Shown in pieces: positions 18,194 to 28,249 of a DNA stretch of 64,000 bases. Origin of the DNA: Alphaproteobacteria bacterium (GTDB lineage: Bacteria > Pseudomonadota > Alphaproteobacteria > SP197); NCBI GenBank assembly GCA_963666905.2, contig OY763008.1:4135469-4199468 (forward strand), read 5' to 3'. The notes beneath the pieces were generated by a model. The model was given only the letters and a program-made list of their open reading frames with translations, made no database searches and had not been told where the DNA came from. The number at the start of each line of letters is the position of its first letter. Position 1 is the stretch's first letter. A program made the translations under genes and the position numbers.

Positions 18194-18960
18194 GGGTCCC
18201 CGGTCCCGAGATAGGCCTGGCGCACCAGGCTGTCGGCGCGGATGGCGTCCGGGGGGCCGCTGGCGACGATGCGCCCGTAGACGAGAACCGAGATCCTGTC
18301 GGCCAGGGCGAAGACGACATCCATGTCGTGCTCGACGAGAAGCAGCGGCGCCGTCCGGCGAAGTCCGTCGAGAAGGCGGACCAGCGCCTGCGAGCCTTCC
18401 GGGTCCATGCCGGCCATCGGCTCGTCGAGCAGGAAGGCGGCGGGATCGAGCGCCAGGGCGATGGCGATTTCCAGCAGGCGCCGCTCGCCATGGCTGAGCT
18501 CGCCGGCGCGAACCGCCGCGCGGTGCTGGAGCCCCACGCGTCCGAGGCATGTCCGCGCGGCCGCCGCGAGTTCGCGGTCCTTCCTGACGGGGGCGAAGAA
18601 TCTCATGCTCTCGCCGCGGCGCCCCTGGACGGCGAGCATGGCGTTCTCCAGCGCCGTGAACTGCGGGATGAGGGAGGAGACCTGGAAGGTGCGCGCCAGA
18701 CCGAGCCGGGCGCGCTCCGCGGCGCCGAGCGCCCCGATGTCGCGCCCCCGGAAGCGGATGGCGCCGCTGTCCTGGCGAATCTCTCCGGCGATCTGCCCGA
18801 GAAGCGTCGACTTGCCGGCTCCGTTGGGTCCGATCAGCGCGTGAATCTCTCCGGCCTTCAGATCGAACGTGACGGCATCGTTGGCCTTCAGCGCACCGAA
18901 GCTCTTCGAGAGCCCGGCGACCTCGAGAACGGCGCCGCCGGCGGAGGGGTCAGCGGTCAC
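18190..18960 (-). CDS. Branched-chain-type ABC transporter ATPase (LivG-like)
   Basis: GPNGAGKST, LSHGE, LLDEPMAG, VEHDM. Confidence 0.9.
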   Translation of the reverse strand: MTADPSAGGAVLEVAGLSKSFGALKANDAVTFDLKAGEIHALIGPNGAGKSTLLGQIAGEIRQDSGAIRFRGRDIGALGAAERARLGLARTFQVSSLIPQFTALENAMLAVQGRRGESMRFFAPVRKDRELAAAARTCLGRVGLQHRAAVRAGELSHGERRLLEIAIALALDPAAFLLDEPMAGMDPEGSQALVRLLDGLRRTAPLLLVEHDMDVVFALADRISVLVYGRIVASGPPDAIRADSLVRQAYLGTGDP

Positions 18961-19918
18961 GGATCAGGACCCCCATGATGCCGCCCCGGGCATAGAGCGT
19001 CACGCCGACGAGGAGCAGGCCGACCCAGAACTGCCAGTGGTCCGTCATGCCGCCGAGGACCTGTTCCAGCAGGACGTAGAGCGCTGCGCCGGCGACGGGA
19101 CCCCACAGGCGGGCCACGCCTCCCAGGATCACGAAGATCATGATTTCACCGGACGTGTGCCAGCTCAGCATGGACGGGCTGACGAAGCGGTTGAGGTCGA
19201 CGAAGAGAGCGCCGGCCAACGCCGTGATGGCGCCCGACATGACGAAGGCGACCAGGCGGATACGGAAGACGCCGATGCCGACGCTTCTCGCGCGGGCGTC
19301 GTTCTGCCTGGCGGCATCGAGCGCCAGCCCGAACCTCGAGTTCACCACTGCCGATGTGAAGGCGACGACGGCGACGAGCGCGCAGTAGACGATGAGGAAG
19401 AACGTCAGGGGATCCATGGTGGGAAGATCGAACAGCCGGCTTCTCACGAAGATCGGCAGGCCGTCCTCGCCGCCGTAGGCGGGCCAGGACACCGTGAAGT
19501 AGTAGAGCATCTGGGCGAAGGCGAGGGTGATCATGATGAAGTAGACGCCGCTGGTCCTCAGCGACAGGCAGCCGATGAGGAAGGCCAGGAGGGCGCCGCC
19601 CGCCATCGCCGCAAGCCACAGCGCGACCATGCTGCCGGTTCCGTCGAGGACCACCGGCCAGAGCAGCACCGGTTGCTGGTGGAAGGCATGCCAGGCGAGA
19701 ATGCCCGCGACGTAGCCGCCGACACCGAAATAGGCGGCATGTCCCAGCGAGACGAGGCCCCCGTATCCCAGGACCAGGTTGAGGCCGACGCCCGCCATCC
19801 CGAGGATGGCGACGCGTGTCGCCAGGGTGATGAGGTAGGGCTCGCCGAAGACATGACCCGCCAGGGGAACGGCGAGAAGAACGAGGGCGACGGCGGGATG
19901 GACGATCGATTCGCGCAT
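18950..19918 (-). CDS. ABC transporter permease (LivM-like)
   Basis: LGYGGLVSLGHAAYFG, YFIMITLAFAQM, GGEDG; hydrophobic. Confidence 0.9.
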   Translation of the reverse strand: MRESIVHPAVALVLLAVPLAGHVFGEPYLITLATRVAILGMAGVGLNLVLGYGGLVSLGHAAYFGVGGYVAGILAWHAFHQQPVLLWPVVLDGTGSMVALWLAAMAGGALLAFLIGCLSLRTSGVYFIMITLAFAQMLYYFTVSWPAYGGEDGLPIFVRSRLFDLPTMDPLTFFLIVYCALVAVVAFTSAVVNSRFGLALDAARQNDARARSVGIGVFRIRLVAFVMSGAITALAGALFVDLNRFVSPSMLSWHTSGEIMIFVILGGVARLWGPVAGAALYVLLEQVLGGMTDHWQFWVGLLLVGVTLYARGGIMGVLIRDR

Positions 19919-19926
19919 CGTTCGGG

Positions 19927-20847
19927 TCAGGCGAGCCTGCCGAAGAGGCCGCCCGGCCTGAAGAACAGGATGCCGGCCATGAGGAGGTAGATGAGCATGG
20001 AGGCGAGCGAGGAGCCCACGGCCGCGGCGTCGGCGGGCTCGAGGATGCCGGTGAGAATCACCGGCAGGAGGACCCGGCCGACGGTATCGGTGACACCGAC
20101 GAGGATGGCGCCGACGAGCGCGCCCTTGACCGAGCCGATGCCGCCGATGACGATCACCACGAAGGCGAGGATCAGGACGGGCTCGCCCATGCCGACCTCG
20201 ACCGACTGGATGGTGCCGATCACGGCCCCGGCGAACCCCGCGAGAGCCGCCCCCAGGGCGAAGACGACGGTGAAGAGCAGGCGGACATTGACGCCCAGGG
20301 AGGCGATCATCTCGCGGTCCGATTCGCCGGCGCGGATGCGCATCCCGAGGCGTGTCCGGGAGATGAGCTGGAAGAGGCCGGCGGCGACGATCAGGCCGGT
20401 CGCGATGATGACGAGGCGGTAGAGCGGGTACTCGAGGCCGCCGGGCAGCATGACGGTCCCCGCGAGCGCGGGCGGAATGTCGAGGTAGAGGGGAAAGGAC
20501 CCGAAAATCCAGCGCGTCCCTTCGGACAGCACGAGGATGAGCGCGAACGTGACGAGCACCTGGTCGAGGTGGCCGCGCTCGTAGAGCCGCCGCATCACGG
20601 CCACCTCGATGAGCGCGCCGGCCGCGGCTGCGGCGGCGAGGCTTGCCGCGAGGCCGAGCCAGAACGAGCCCGTGGCCGCCGTCACGGCCGCGCAGGCAAA
20701 CGCCCCGATCATGTAGAGCGAGCCGTGGGCGAGGTTGATCAGGCCCATGACGCCGAAGACCAGGGTCAGGCCGGCGGACATCAGGAACAGCATCACGCCG
20801 AACTGCAGCCCGTTGAGGACCTGTTCGGCGATCAGGGTGACCGGCAT
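19927..20847 (-). CDS. ABC transporter permease (LivH-like)
   Basis: GLTLVFGVMGLINLAHG, IVIGGIGS. Confidence 0.9.
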   Translation of the reverse strand: MPVTLIAEQVLNGLQFGVMLFLMSAGLTLVFGVMGLINLAHGSLYMIGAFACAAVTAATGSFWLGLAASLAAAAAAGALIEVAVMRRLYERGHLDQVLVTFALILVLSEGTRWIFGSFPLYLDIPPALAGTVMLPGGLEYPLYRLVIIATGLIVAAGLFQLISRTRLGMRIRAGESDREMIASLGVNVRLLFTVVFALGAALAGFAGAVIGTIQSVEVGMGEPVLILAFVVIVIGGIGSVKGALVGAILVGVTDTVGRVLLPVILTGILEPADAAAVGSSLASMLIYLLMAGILFFRPGGLFGRLA

Positions 20848-20912
20848 GTCGGGACCGCGGCTCCGGCGGACATCTCCCCGTCAGGGGGCGTCCGCCGGAG
20901 ACTGCCAGCGAG

Positions 20913-22058
20913 CTACATGGAGCACTCGGCGGCATAGACGTCCGCGTGATCCTCCAGGGCCAGGGAGACGATCCTGTTGGTGAGGACGCCGTCTTCCATG
21001 ACGACCTCGCGCACGTAGATGTCCTGGACCGGGTGGTGGTTGGGCCCGAAGCGGAAGTCCCCGCGCACTGAGGCGAAGTCGGCCGCCCGCAACGCCTCGC
21101 GGAAGGCGTCCGCATCGGAGACGGCGGCCCCGTCGAGCGCCGACAGCAGGAGATTGGCGGTATCGAATCCCTGCGAGGCGTAGAGCGAGGGGAGGCGGCC
21201 GTAGGCTTCCTGGAAGCTGGCGACGAAGGCCGCGTTCGCCTCGTTGTCGAGGTCCTTCGACCACTGGGAGGTGTTCATGACCCCCAGTGCCGCCTCGCCC
21301 ACGGCGCCGAGGATGCCCTGGTCGAACGAGAACGCCGGACCGACCACCGGAAGATCGACGCCCGAGCCGGCATACTGCTTCATGAACGAGATGCCCATGC
21401 CGCCCGGCAGGAAGAAGAAGACGCTGTCGGCGTCGGAGGCGCGGATCTGGGCGATCTCCGCGGCATAGTCCTTCTGGCCGAGCTCCGTATAGATCTCGCT
21501 GGCGACCTCGCCGGCGAAGTGGCGCTTGAAGCCGGTGAGCGCGTCGTGGCCGGCCGGGTAGTTCGGCGCCAGGATGAACGTCCTGGCGTAGCCGGCGTCG
21601 TTGGCGTAGCCGCCCGCCGCCTCGTGGAGGTTGTCGTTCTGCCAGGCGACGTTGAAGTAGTTCTCGTGGCACCCCGAACCGGCGAGGGCCGAGGGGCCGG
21701 CGTTGGGCGAGAGGTAGAACTTGCCCTGCTGGACCACGGACGGCACCACGGCAAGCGCGAGATTCGACCAGATGATGCCGGTCAGCACGTCGACCTTGTC
21801 GGACTGCACCATCTTGTCGGCGATCTGCACGGCGATCTCCGGCTTGCGCTGGTCGTCCTCGATGACGACCTCGACGTCCGTGCGCCCCGACTGCCCGACG
21901 GCGAGCATGAATCCGTCGCGCACGTCGACACCCAGCGCCGAGCCGCCGCCCGACAGGGTGGTGATCATGCCCACCTTGAGTCCCTCGGCCGAGGCGCTCG
22001 TCGAAAGGGCAAGGAGCGCACTCGCGGCGGCAGCCGCCGCTTTCAGCGTGTTCTTCAT
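20913..22058 (-). CDS. LivK-family ABC substrate-binding protein (possibly aromatic-acid binding)
   Basis: Signal peptide; GIIWSN, NAGP, APNYPAG motifs. Confidence 0.88.
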   Translation of the reverse strand: MKNTLKAAAAAASALLALSTSASAEGLKVGMITTLSGGGSALGVDVRDGFMLAVGQSGRTDVEVVIEDDQRKPEIAVQIADKMVQSDKVDVLTGIIWSNLALAVVPSVVQQGKFYLSPNAGPSALAGSGCHENYFNVAWQNDNLHEAAGGYANDAGYARTFILAPNYPAGHDALTGFKRHFAGEVASEIYTELGQKDYAAEIAQIRASDADSVFFFLPGGMGISFMKQYAGSGVDLPVVGPAFSFDQGILGAVGEAALGVMNTSQWSKDLDNEANAAFVASFQEAYGRLPSLYASQGFDTANLLLSALDGAAVSDADAFREALRAADFASVRGDFRFGPNHHPVQDIYVREVVMEDGVLTNRIVSLALEDHADVYAAECSM

Positions 22059-22420
22059 GCTTGATCTTCCTTCTGTTCAGGCGTTCTGCGCAAAGCGGCG
22101 GAGCCGGATCGTTCGCGGCGCGCGGCCTGCGGACCAGGAAATGGTGGATGTCGTGCCTTAAGCTGTTGTAGTTAGGGGATCAATGGTGCAATCGGCACGC
22201 CTCCACACAGCAAGAAACCCTAGGCCAGAGCGGTCCGCCTGTCCAATCCATCCGCAGAGCGCCGCGTCTTCGGCATGACCCGGACGATTGATCGGCCAGG
22301 CACGGGACTCCTGTCATGCCGACGGCTCCGCACGTGACTCGAAAGGGTGCCGGAGACCTCGGGTCGATCGCTTCCGCCCGTCGAGGTGCGGGACGATCAT
22401 GGTTCTCCCGGCTCTTTCGG

Positions 22421-23278
22421 TCACGATGCGGCCGAATCCTGCCGGGCGGCGAAGAACCGGCAGAGCTCGGCGTCCGGAACCTGCTGCTGCGCGTAGCCGA
22501 AGGTGCCTTCGTCGCGGATCTCGGCGGCCGCCCGGCGGATGACTCCGAAGGTGGCGCGGGCGAGCGATCCGCCGATGCTCACCCGCCTGACCCCCAGATC
22601 CTCGAGCTCGGCGACGCTCAACGGGGCGCCGGCAAGACCCATGACCACGTTGACCGGGGCGCCGACTTCCTTCACCAGCCGGCCGATGGCGCTGGCGTCG
22701 GTCATTCCGGGCACGTAGAGGCAGTCCGCGCCCGCCTCCCGGTAGAGGGTGGCCCTGGCCAGCGATTCCGCGAACGGGTCCGGGTGCCCGACGAGATAGC
22801 ACTCGGCCCGTGCGGTCAGGGTGAAGGGAAACGCAAGGGAGGTGGCCGCCGCCACCGCCGCCTCGATTCTCTCCACCGCCAGCACCCGGTCGTAGAGGTC
22901 GCCGGTGCCCCAGGCGGCGGCATAGTCCTCGATGCTCGCGCCGACCGCGCCGGTCTCCGCCGCCAGGTGGATGGTCTCTGCCACCTCTTCGGGCGCGTGT
23001 CCGTAGCCGTTCTCGGCGTCCACGCTGACCGGCAGGCGGACCGCGCGGGCAATCCGGAAGGTCTCCTGCAGCGCCGCCTCGCGGGTCAGGGCTCCCTCGC
23101 TGTCGGGAAGCCCCAGGCAGAACGCGATGCCGGCACTGGTCGTGCCCACGGCCGGGAAGCCGGCCGCTTCGAGCATGCGGGCGCTGCCGGCGTTCCAGGC
23201 GTTCGGCATCACGAATATCCCGTCCGCCGAATGCAGGTCCCTGAACGCCTTCCCCTTGATTCTCTGCGCTTCGTCCAT
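22421..23278 (-). CDS. Isocitrate lyase/PEP mutase family protein
   Basis: MPNAWNAGSA, GTTSAG, DAENGYG, GASIED, EAGADCLY, RRVSIG. Confidence 0.9.
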   Translation of the reverse strand: MDEAQRIKGKAFRDLHSADGIFVMPNAWNAGSARMLEAAGFPAVGTTSAGIAFCLGLPDSEGALTREAALQETFRIARAVRLPVSVDAENGYGHAPEEVAETIHLAAETGAVGASIEDYAAAWGTGDLYDRVLAVERIEAAVAAATSLAFPFTLTARAECYLVGHPDPFAESLARATLYREAGADCLYVPGMTDASAIGRLVKEVGAPVNVVMGLAGAPLSVAELEDLGVRRVSIGGSLARATFGVIRRAAAEIRDEGTFGYAQQQVPDAELCRFFAARQDSAAS

Positions 23279-23410
23279 GGTCCGGATACCGTGTGCCGGC
23301 GGCTTGTCAGGCAGGATAACGCGCCCGGCCCCGTCGTGCGAGGGTCCGGCTTGATGAAGGCGCGGGCGCGGTTCATGATCATGCGGGGAGAAGGAGGGAG
23401 GCATTCGGCG

Positions 23411-24535
23411 ATGCATGTCCTCAGGAAGCCGCGCGTCGAGGCGCTGCAGAAGAAGCTCGTCAACCGCCAGATCGGCCGCCGGGACTTCATGGCCGCCGCC
23501 GCCACTGCCGGCCTGGCGCCGGTCGCCTCGTCGCTGGTGCCGGGCGCCGGGGCCGCCGAGGGCGACATGATCCACTACTTCACGTGGTCGGCCTACGAGG
23601 TTCCCGAGCTCCACCAGCCCTTCATCGACAAGCACGGGCAGTCGCCGGAGTGGTCGATCTTCGCCTCGGCCGAGGACGGCCTGCAGAAGATCAGGGCGGG
23701 CTTCACCGCCGACCTCGCGCACCCCTGTGTCGACAATGTTCCGCGCTGGCACGACGCCGGCGTCATCCAGCCGCTGGATACCTCGCGCATCGACCACTGG
23801 GACGACATGTTCCCGGCCCTCCACGCGATGAACGGGGCGATGATCGGCGGCGAGGTCTACATGGCGATCAGCGATTTCGGACTCTCGTCGGTCATCTACC
23901 GGACCGACATCTACGAGGGCGAGGAAACCTGGAACATGCTGTTCGACGAGCGCTACGCCGGACGCATCTGCCCCAACAACGGCTCGGCGAACCTCTCGAT
24001 CGCGTTGAAGCTCCTGGGCTACGAGCCGATGAATCCGACGGCGGACCAGGTGATGGAAGCCGCGGAGATGACCCGCAGGCAGCGCCCGCTCGCCCGCTTC
24101 TACTGGGAAAGCCAGACCGACATGGAGCAGGCCGTGGCGACCGGCGAGTGCGTGGTTGCCTATGCCTGGAACGAGGCCCTGGTCAACCTCCTCCAACAGG
24201 GGATCCCGGTGGCCTTCGCGGCGCCGAAGGAAGGCGCCTTCGGCTGGGCCTGCGGCCTCGTGCGCCTCGCCGCCGCCGAGAACGACGAGCAGATGGCCTA
24301 CGACTTCATCAACGCCTGGCTCGCTCCGGAGACCGGCAAGTTCCTCATCGAGGCCTACGGCTACGGTCACGGCAACATCAGGTCCTTCGACCTGGTGGAC
24401 CGCGAGACCCTCGTCGCCCTGGGTTATGACGACCCCGTGCGCCTGATGGAGGGCACGAACTTCTGGATTCCCGTCTCTGCGGACATCAACCAGCTGATGT
24501 ACGAGGTCTGGGAGGACGTCATCGCGGGCCTCTAG
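23411..24535 (+). CDS. Tat-exported PotD-like substrate-binding protein (tandem copy 1)
   Basis: IGRRDFM Tat motif, FTWSAY, PKEG; GGAGG RBS. Confidence 0.88.
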   Translation: MHVLRKPRVEALQKKLVNRQIGRRDFMAAAATAGLAPVASSLVPGAGAAEGDMIHYFTWSAYEVPELHQPFIDKHGQSPEWSIFASAEDGLQKIRAGFTADLAHPCVDNVPRWHDAGVIQPLDTSRIDHWDDMFPALHAMNGAMIGGEVYMAISDFGLSSVIYRTDIYEGEETWNMLFDERYAGRICPNNGSANLSIALKLLGYEPMNPTADQVMEAAEMTRRQRPLARFYWESQTDMEQAVATGECVVAYAWNEALVNLLQQGIPVAFAAPKEGAFGWACGLVRLAAAENDEQMAYDFINAWLAPETGKFLIEAYGYGHGNIRSFDLVDRETLVALGYDDPVRLMEGTNFWIPVSADINQLMYEVWEDVIAGL

Positions 24536-24581
24536 GCCCCGGTATGTGCGGAACAACAGCTATCAAGGAAGGGTTCGAACC

Positions 24582-25706
24582 ATGCATGTCCTGAGAAAGC
24601 CTCGCATCGAGGTCCTGCAGAAGAAGTTCGTCAACAGGGAAATCGGCCGTCGCGAGTTCATGGCCGCCGCTGCCGCCGCCGGCCTGGCGCCGGTCGCCTC
24701 GTCTCTGGCGCCGGGCGCCAGGGCGGCCGAGGGCGACATGATCCACTACTTCACGTGGTCGGCCTACGAGGTTCCCGAGCTGCACCAGTCCTTCATCGAC
24801 AAGCACGGGCAGTCGCCGGAATGGTCGATCTTCGCCTCGTCCGAGGACGGCCTGCAGAAGATCCGGGCGGGCTTCACCGCCGATCTCGCGCACCCTTGCG
24901 TGAATGACGTGCCGCGCTGGCATGCCGCCGGCGTCATCCAGCCGCTGGACACCTCGAGGATCGAGTACTGGGACGACATGTTCCCCGCGCTCCACACCAT
25001 GAACGGCGCCACCATCGACGGTGATGTCTACATGGCCATCAGCGATTTCGGACTCTCGTCGATGATCTATCGCACCGACATCCACGAGGGCGAGGAAACC
25101 TGGGGCATGATGTACGACGAGCGCTACGCGGGCCGGATCTGCGGCAGGAACGATTCGGCCATGCTCTCCATCGCCCTCAAGCTCATGGGCTACGATCCCC
25201 TGTTCCCGACGGCCGAGCAGGTTCATGAGGCCGCGGTCGTTGCGCGCAAGCAGCGTGATCTCGTCCGCTTCTACTGGGACAGCCAGACCGACATGGAACA
25301 GGCGGTCGCATCGGGCGAGTGCGTCGTCGCCTATGCCTGGAACGAGGCCCTCGTCAATCTGCTCGACCAGGGCGTGCCGGTGGCCTTCGCGGCGCCGAAG
25401 GAAGGCGCCTTCGGCTGGGCCTGCGGTCTCGTGCACCTCGCCACGGCCGAGAACGACGAGCAGATGGCCTACGACTTCATCAACGCCTGGCTCGCCCCGG
25501 AGACCGGCAAGTTCCTCATCGAGGCCTATGGCTACGGACACGGCAACATCAAGTCGTTCGACCTGGTGGACCGGCAGACCCTCATCGCCCTGGGCTATGA
25601 CGATCCGGTCCGGCTCATGGAAGGCACCAGTTTCTGGGTTCCGGCCGAACCGGAGATCGAGCAGCTGATGGTGGAGGTCTGGGAAGACATCGTGGCGGGC
25701 CTCTGA
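24582..25706 (+). CDS. Tat-exported PotD-like substrate-binding protein (tandem copy 2)
   Basis: IGRREFM; collinear, same-length paralog of copy 1. Confidence 0.88.
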   Translation: MHVLRKPRIEVLQKKFVNREIGRREFMAAAAAAGLAPVASSLAPGARAAEGDMIHYFTWSAYEVPELHQSFIDKHGQSPEWSIFASSEDGLQKIRAGFTADLAHPCVNDVPRWHAAGVIQPLDTSRIEYWDDMFPALHTMNGATIDGDVYMAISDFGLSSMIYRTDIHEGEETWGMMYDERYAGRICGRNDSAMLSIALKLMGYDPLFPTAEQVHEAAVVARKQRDLVRFYWDSQTDMEQAVASGECVVAYAWNEALVNLLDQGVPVAFAAPKEGAFGWACGLVHLATAENDEQMAYDFINAWLAPETGKFLIEAYGYGHGNIKSFDLVDRQTLIALGYDDPVRLMEGTSFWVPAEPEIEQLMVEVWEDIVAGL

Positions 25707-25719
25707 CCGCCCGGACCGC

Positions 25720-26172
25720 TCAGCTCCTCAAGGCGGCGAAGAACGCCTTGAGGAGGTCCTCGCACCGCCTCTCGTCGATGCCGCCGTAGACCTCGGGGCG
25801 GTGATGGCAGGTCGGCTGATCGAAGAGCCGGATGCCGTGTTCGACCGCTCCGCCCTTGGGGTCTCCGGCGCCGAAACAAAGACGGCGGATGTGCGCCGCG
25901 GCGACCGCCGCGGCGCACATGGCGCAGGGTTCCAGGGTGACGTGAAGGTCGGCGCCGTCGAGGCGGTGCCGGCCCAGAGTCCGGCAGGCCTGCCGCAGGG
26001 CCAGGATTTCCGCGTGGGCCGTGGGATCGCGCAGCTCGCGGACGCGGTTGCCGGCCGAGGCGATGACCTCGCCTTCGAGGACGACGACGGCGCCCACCGG
26101 CGGTTCCCGGCGCGCGGCGGCAGCCCTCGCCTCGGCGATGGCGAGTTCCATGAAAGTCGGCGATCCCTCCAT
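25720..26172 (-). CDS. tadA: tRNA adenosine deaminase
   Basis: DPTAHAE, TLEPCAMC, DPKGG. Confidence 0.9.
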   Translation of the reverse strand: MEGSPTFMELAIAEARAAAARREPPVGAVVVLEGEVIASAGNRVRELRDPTAHAEILALRQACRTLGRHRLDGADLHVTLEPCAMCAAAVAAAHIRRLCFGAGDPKGGAVEHGIRLFDQPTCHHRPEVYGGIDERRCEDLLKAFFAALRS

Positions 26173-26237
26173 GGTTCCGATCTTGCACGCGCGGGGGCGG
26201 GACGCCACAGTAAATCGCCAGGTGCCAAGGTGACGCG

Positions 26238-26957
26238 ATGCCCTCAAGACGCCCCCTCATCGGCCTGACGCTCGATTCGGAGGAACCCGGTCCCTATTCC
26301 AGCATGCCGTGGTACGCGATCCGCCGGAACTACATGGCGTCGGTCGCCGACGCGGGAGGGCTGCCCGTCGCCGTCAGCCACGAGACGGATCTCGCCGGGG
26401 TCTATCTCGAGGAGCTCGACGGCGTGATCGTCACCGGCGGGGCCTTCGACATCGACCCCGCCCTCTTCGGCGCCGGGACCCGCCACGAGACGGTGACCAC
26501 CAAGGACCGGCGCACGCGCTTCGAATGGGCTGTCGCCGAGGGGGCGCTGAAGCGCGATCTTCCCGTGTTCGGGATCTGCGGCGGCCAGCAATTGCTCAAC
26601 GTCGTGCTCGGCGGCACCCTGATCCAGCACATTCCGGATGCCGTCCCCGACTGCCTGGCGCACGAGCAGCCGGGTCCGCGCACCAGTGCGGGGCACACCG
26701 TGGCGGTCGCGCGGGGCACCCGGCTTCACGACATCGTCGGCGTCGGCGAACTGCCGGTCAACAGCGCCCATCACCAGGCGGCCGACGGCATCGGCGAGGG
26801 TGTCACGGTCAACGCGGTCGCGCCCGACGGCGTCATCGAGGGGATCGAGCATCCCGGCTACCGCTTCTGCCTCGGCGTCCAGTGGCATCCCGAGTACGGG
26901 ATTTCGCAGGGCGACGGGCGGCTGTTCCGCGCCTTCATCGAAGCCTGCCGGAGGTGA
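26238..26957 (+). CDS. Peptidase C26 / gamma-glutamyl-gamma-aminobutyrate hydrolase family
   Basis: GICGGQQ, VNSAHHQ, GVQWHPE. Confidence 0.9.
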   Translation: MPSRRPLIGLTLDSEEPGPYSSMPWYAIRRNYMASVADAGGLPVAVSHETDLAGVYLEELDGVIVTGGAFDIDPALFGAGTRHETVTTKDRRTRFEWAVAEGALKRDLPVFGICGGQQLLNVVLGGTLIQHIPDAVPDCLAHEQPGPRTSAGHTVAVARGTRLHDIVGVGELPVNSAHHQAADGIGEGVTVNAVAPDGVIEGIEHPGYRFCLGVQWHPEYGISQGDGRLFRAFIEACRR

Positions 26958-27709
26958 CGGGCGAACGCATCGCGCGGCGCCTCGCGCATGCCGGCGTCGC
27001 CTCGAGGCGCGGGGCCGAAAGGCTGATCGGCGAGGGCAGGGTGGCGGTGAACGGCGTCGTTCTCGAGACGCCGGCCGTCACCGTCACGGCGGCGGATACC
27101 GTTACTGTGGACGGCGAGCGCATCGCGCCGCGTCCCCCCTTGCGGCTGTGGCGCTTCCACAAGCCCCGCGGGCTGGTGGTGTCGAGGAAGGACGAGAAGG
27201 GCCGCGGCACCGTCTTCGACGTCCTGCCACAGGGATTCCCCCACGTGCTGGCCGTCGGCCGCCTCGACATCGCTTCCGAAGGCCTCCTCCTCCTCACCAA
27301 CGACGGCGACCTCGCCCGCGCCCTGGAACTCCCCCGGTCGGGCTGGATCCGCCGCTACCGGGTGCGCGTCTTCGGCCCCGTCACGGGCGAAGCCCTCGGG
27401 GGGCTCTCGCGGGGCGTCACGGTCGACGGCGTCGACTACGGCGCCATCGCCGCGCGCATCGACAGCCGTTCGGGCGCCAACGCCTGGCTGACGATGACCC
27501 TCGCCGAGGGCCGGAACCGGGAAATCCGCAGGGTCCTGGGATCGCTCGGGCTTTCGGTGAACCGGCTGATCCGGACGTCCCACGGTCCGTTCCAGCTCGG
27601 CTCCCTGGCGCGCCGCGCCGTGGAGGAGGTGCCGCGCAAGGTGTTGAGGGAGCAGCTCGGCTCACGCTGGTCCGCCAGGATCGATGCGCATCGTCGCCGG
27701 CCGTCATAG
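26954..27709 (+). CDS. rRNA pseudouridine synthase (RluB-like)
   Basis: S4 domain ASRRGAE, HKPRG, VGRLD..SEGLLLLTNDG, EGRNREIRR. Confidence 0.9.
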   Translation: MTGERIARRLAHAGVASRRGAERLIGEGRVAVNGVVLETPAVTVTAADTVTVDGERIAPRPPLRLWRFHKPRGLVVSRKDEKGRGTVFDVLPQGFPHVLAVGRLDIASEGLLLLTNDGDLARALELPRSGWIRRYRVRVFGPVTGEALGGLSRGVTVDGVDYGAIAARIDSRSGANAWLTMTLAEGRNREIRRVLGSLGLSVNRLIRTSHGPFQLGSLARRAVEEVPRKVLREQLGSRWSARIDAHRRRPS

Positions 27710-28241
27710 GCGCCGCCGCCTCTTTGCGCCGGCGGGCGGGGACATCCGGCCGACGTCCGACAGGGTGCGCGAGGCCCTCTTCAATCTTCTCCTCCACGGG
27801 CCGGCGTGGCGCGGCCTCGAGGGCGCGCGCGTGGCGGACCTCTTCTGCGGCACCGGCGCCTTGGCCCTCGAGGCGCTGTCGCGCGGGGCCCGCAGCGCCG
27901 TTCTCGTCGACAATGCCCCGGCCGCGCTCGACGCCGCATCGAGGAATGTCGGGGCCCTGGGCGAAGAGCGGCGCAGCGACATCATCAGGTGCGACCTTCG
28001 GCGCCCCCTGCCGGCGATAGCGCAGCCGATAGACCTTGCCTTCCTCGACCCTCCCTACGATTCCGGGCTGGCTGAGGGGGCGCTCCTCAACCTCGTCGCA
28101 GGCGCCTGGCTTGCCCCCGGGGCGCTCGCCGTCGTGGAGCTTCCGCGGCGGGCCGGTTTCGAGGCCCCGGAGGGTTTCGAGCCGGTCGACGAGCGCGTCC
28201 GGGGGCGCACGCGCCTGGCGTTCCTGAGGCTTGCGGACTAG
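27684..28241 (+). CDS. rsmD: 16S rRNA m2G966 methyltransferase
   Basis: MRIVAG, RPTSDRVREALFN, DLFCGTGAL, DPPY. Confidence 0.93.
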   Translation: MRIVAGRHRRRRLFAPAGGDIRPTSDRVREALFNLLLHGPAWRGLEGARVADLFCGTGALALEALSRGARSAVLVDNAPAALDAASRNVGALGEERRSDIIRCDLRRPLPAIAQPIDLAFLDPPYDSGLAEGALLNLVAGAWLAPGALAVVELPRRAGFEAPEGFEPVDERVRGRTRLAFLRLAD

Positions 28242-28249
28242 AGGCGGGA

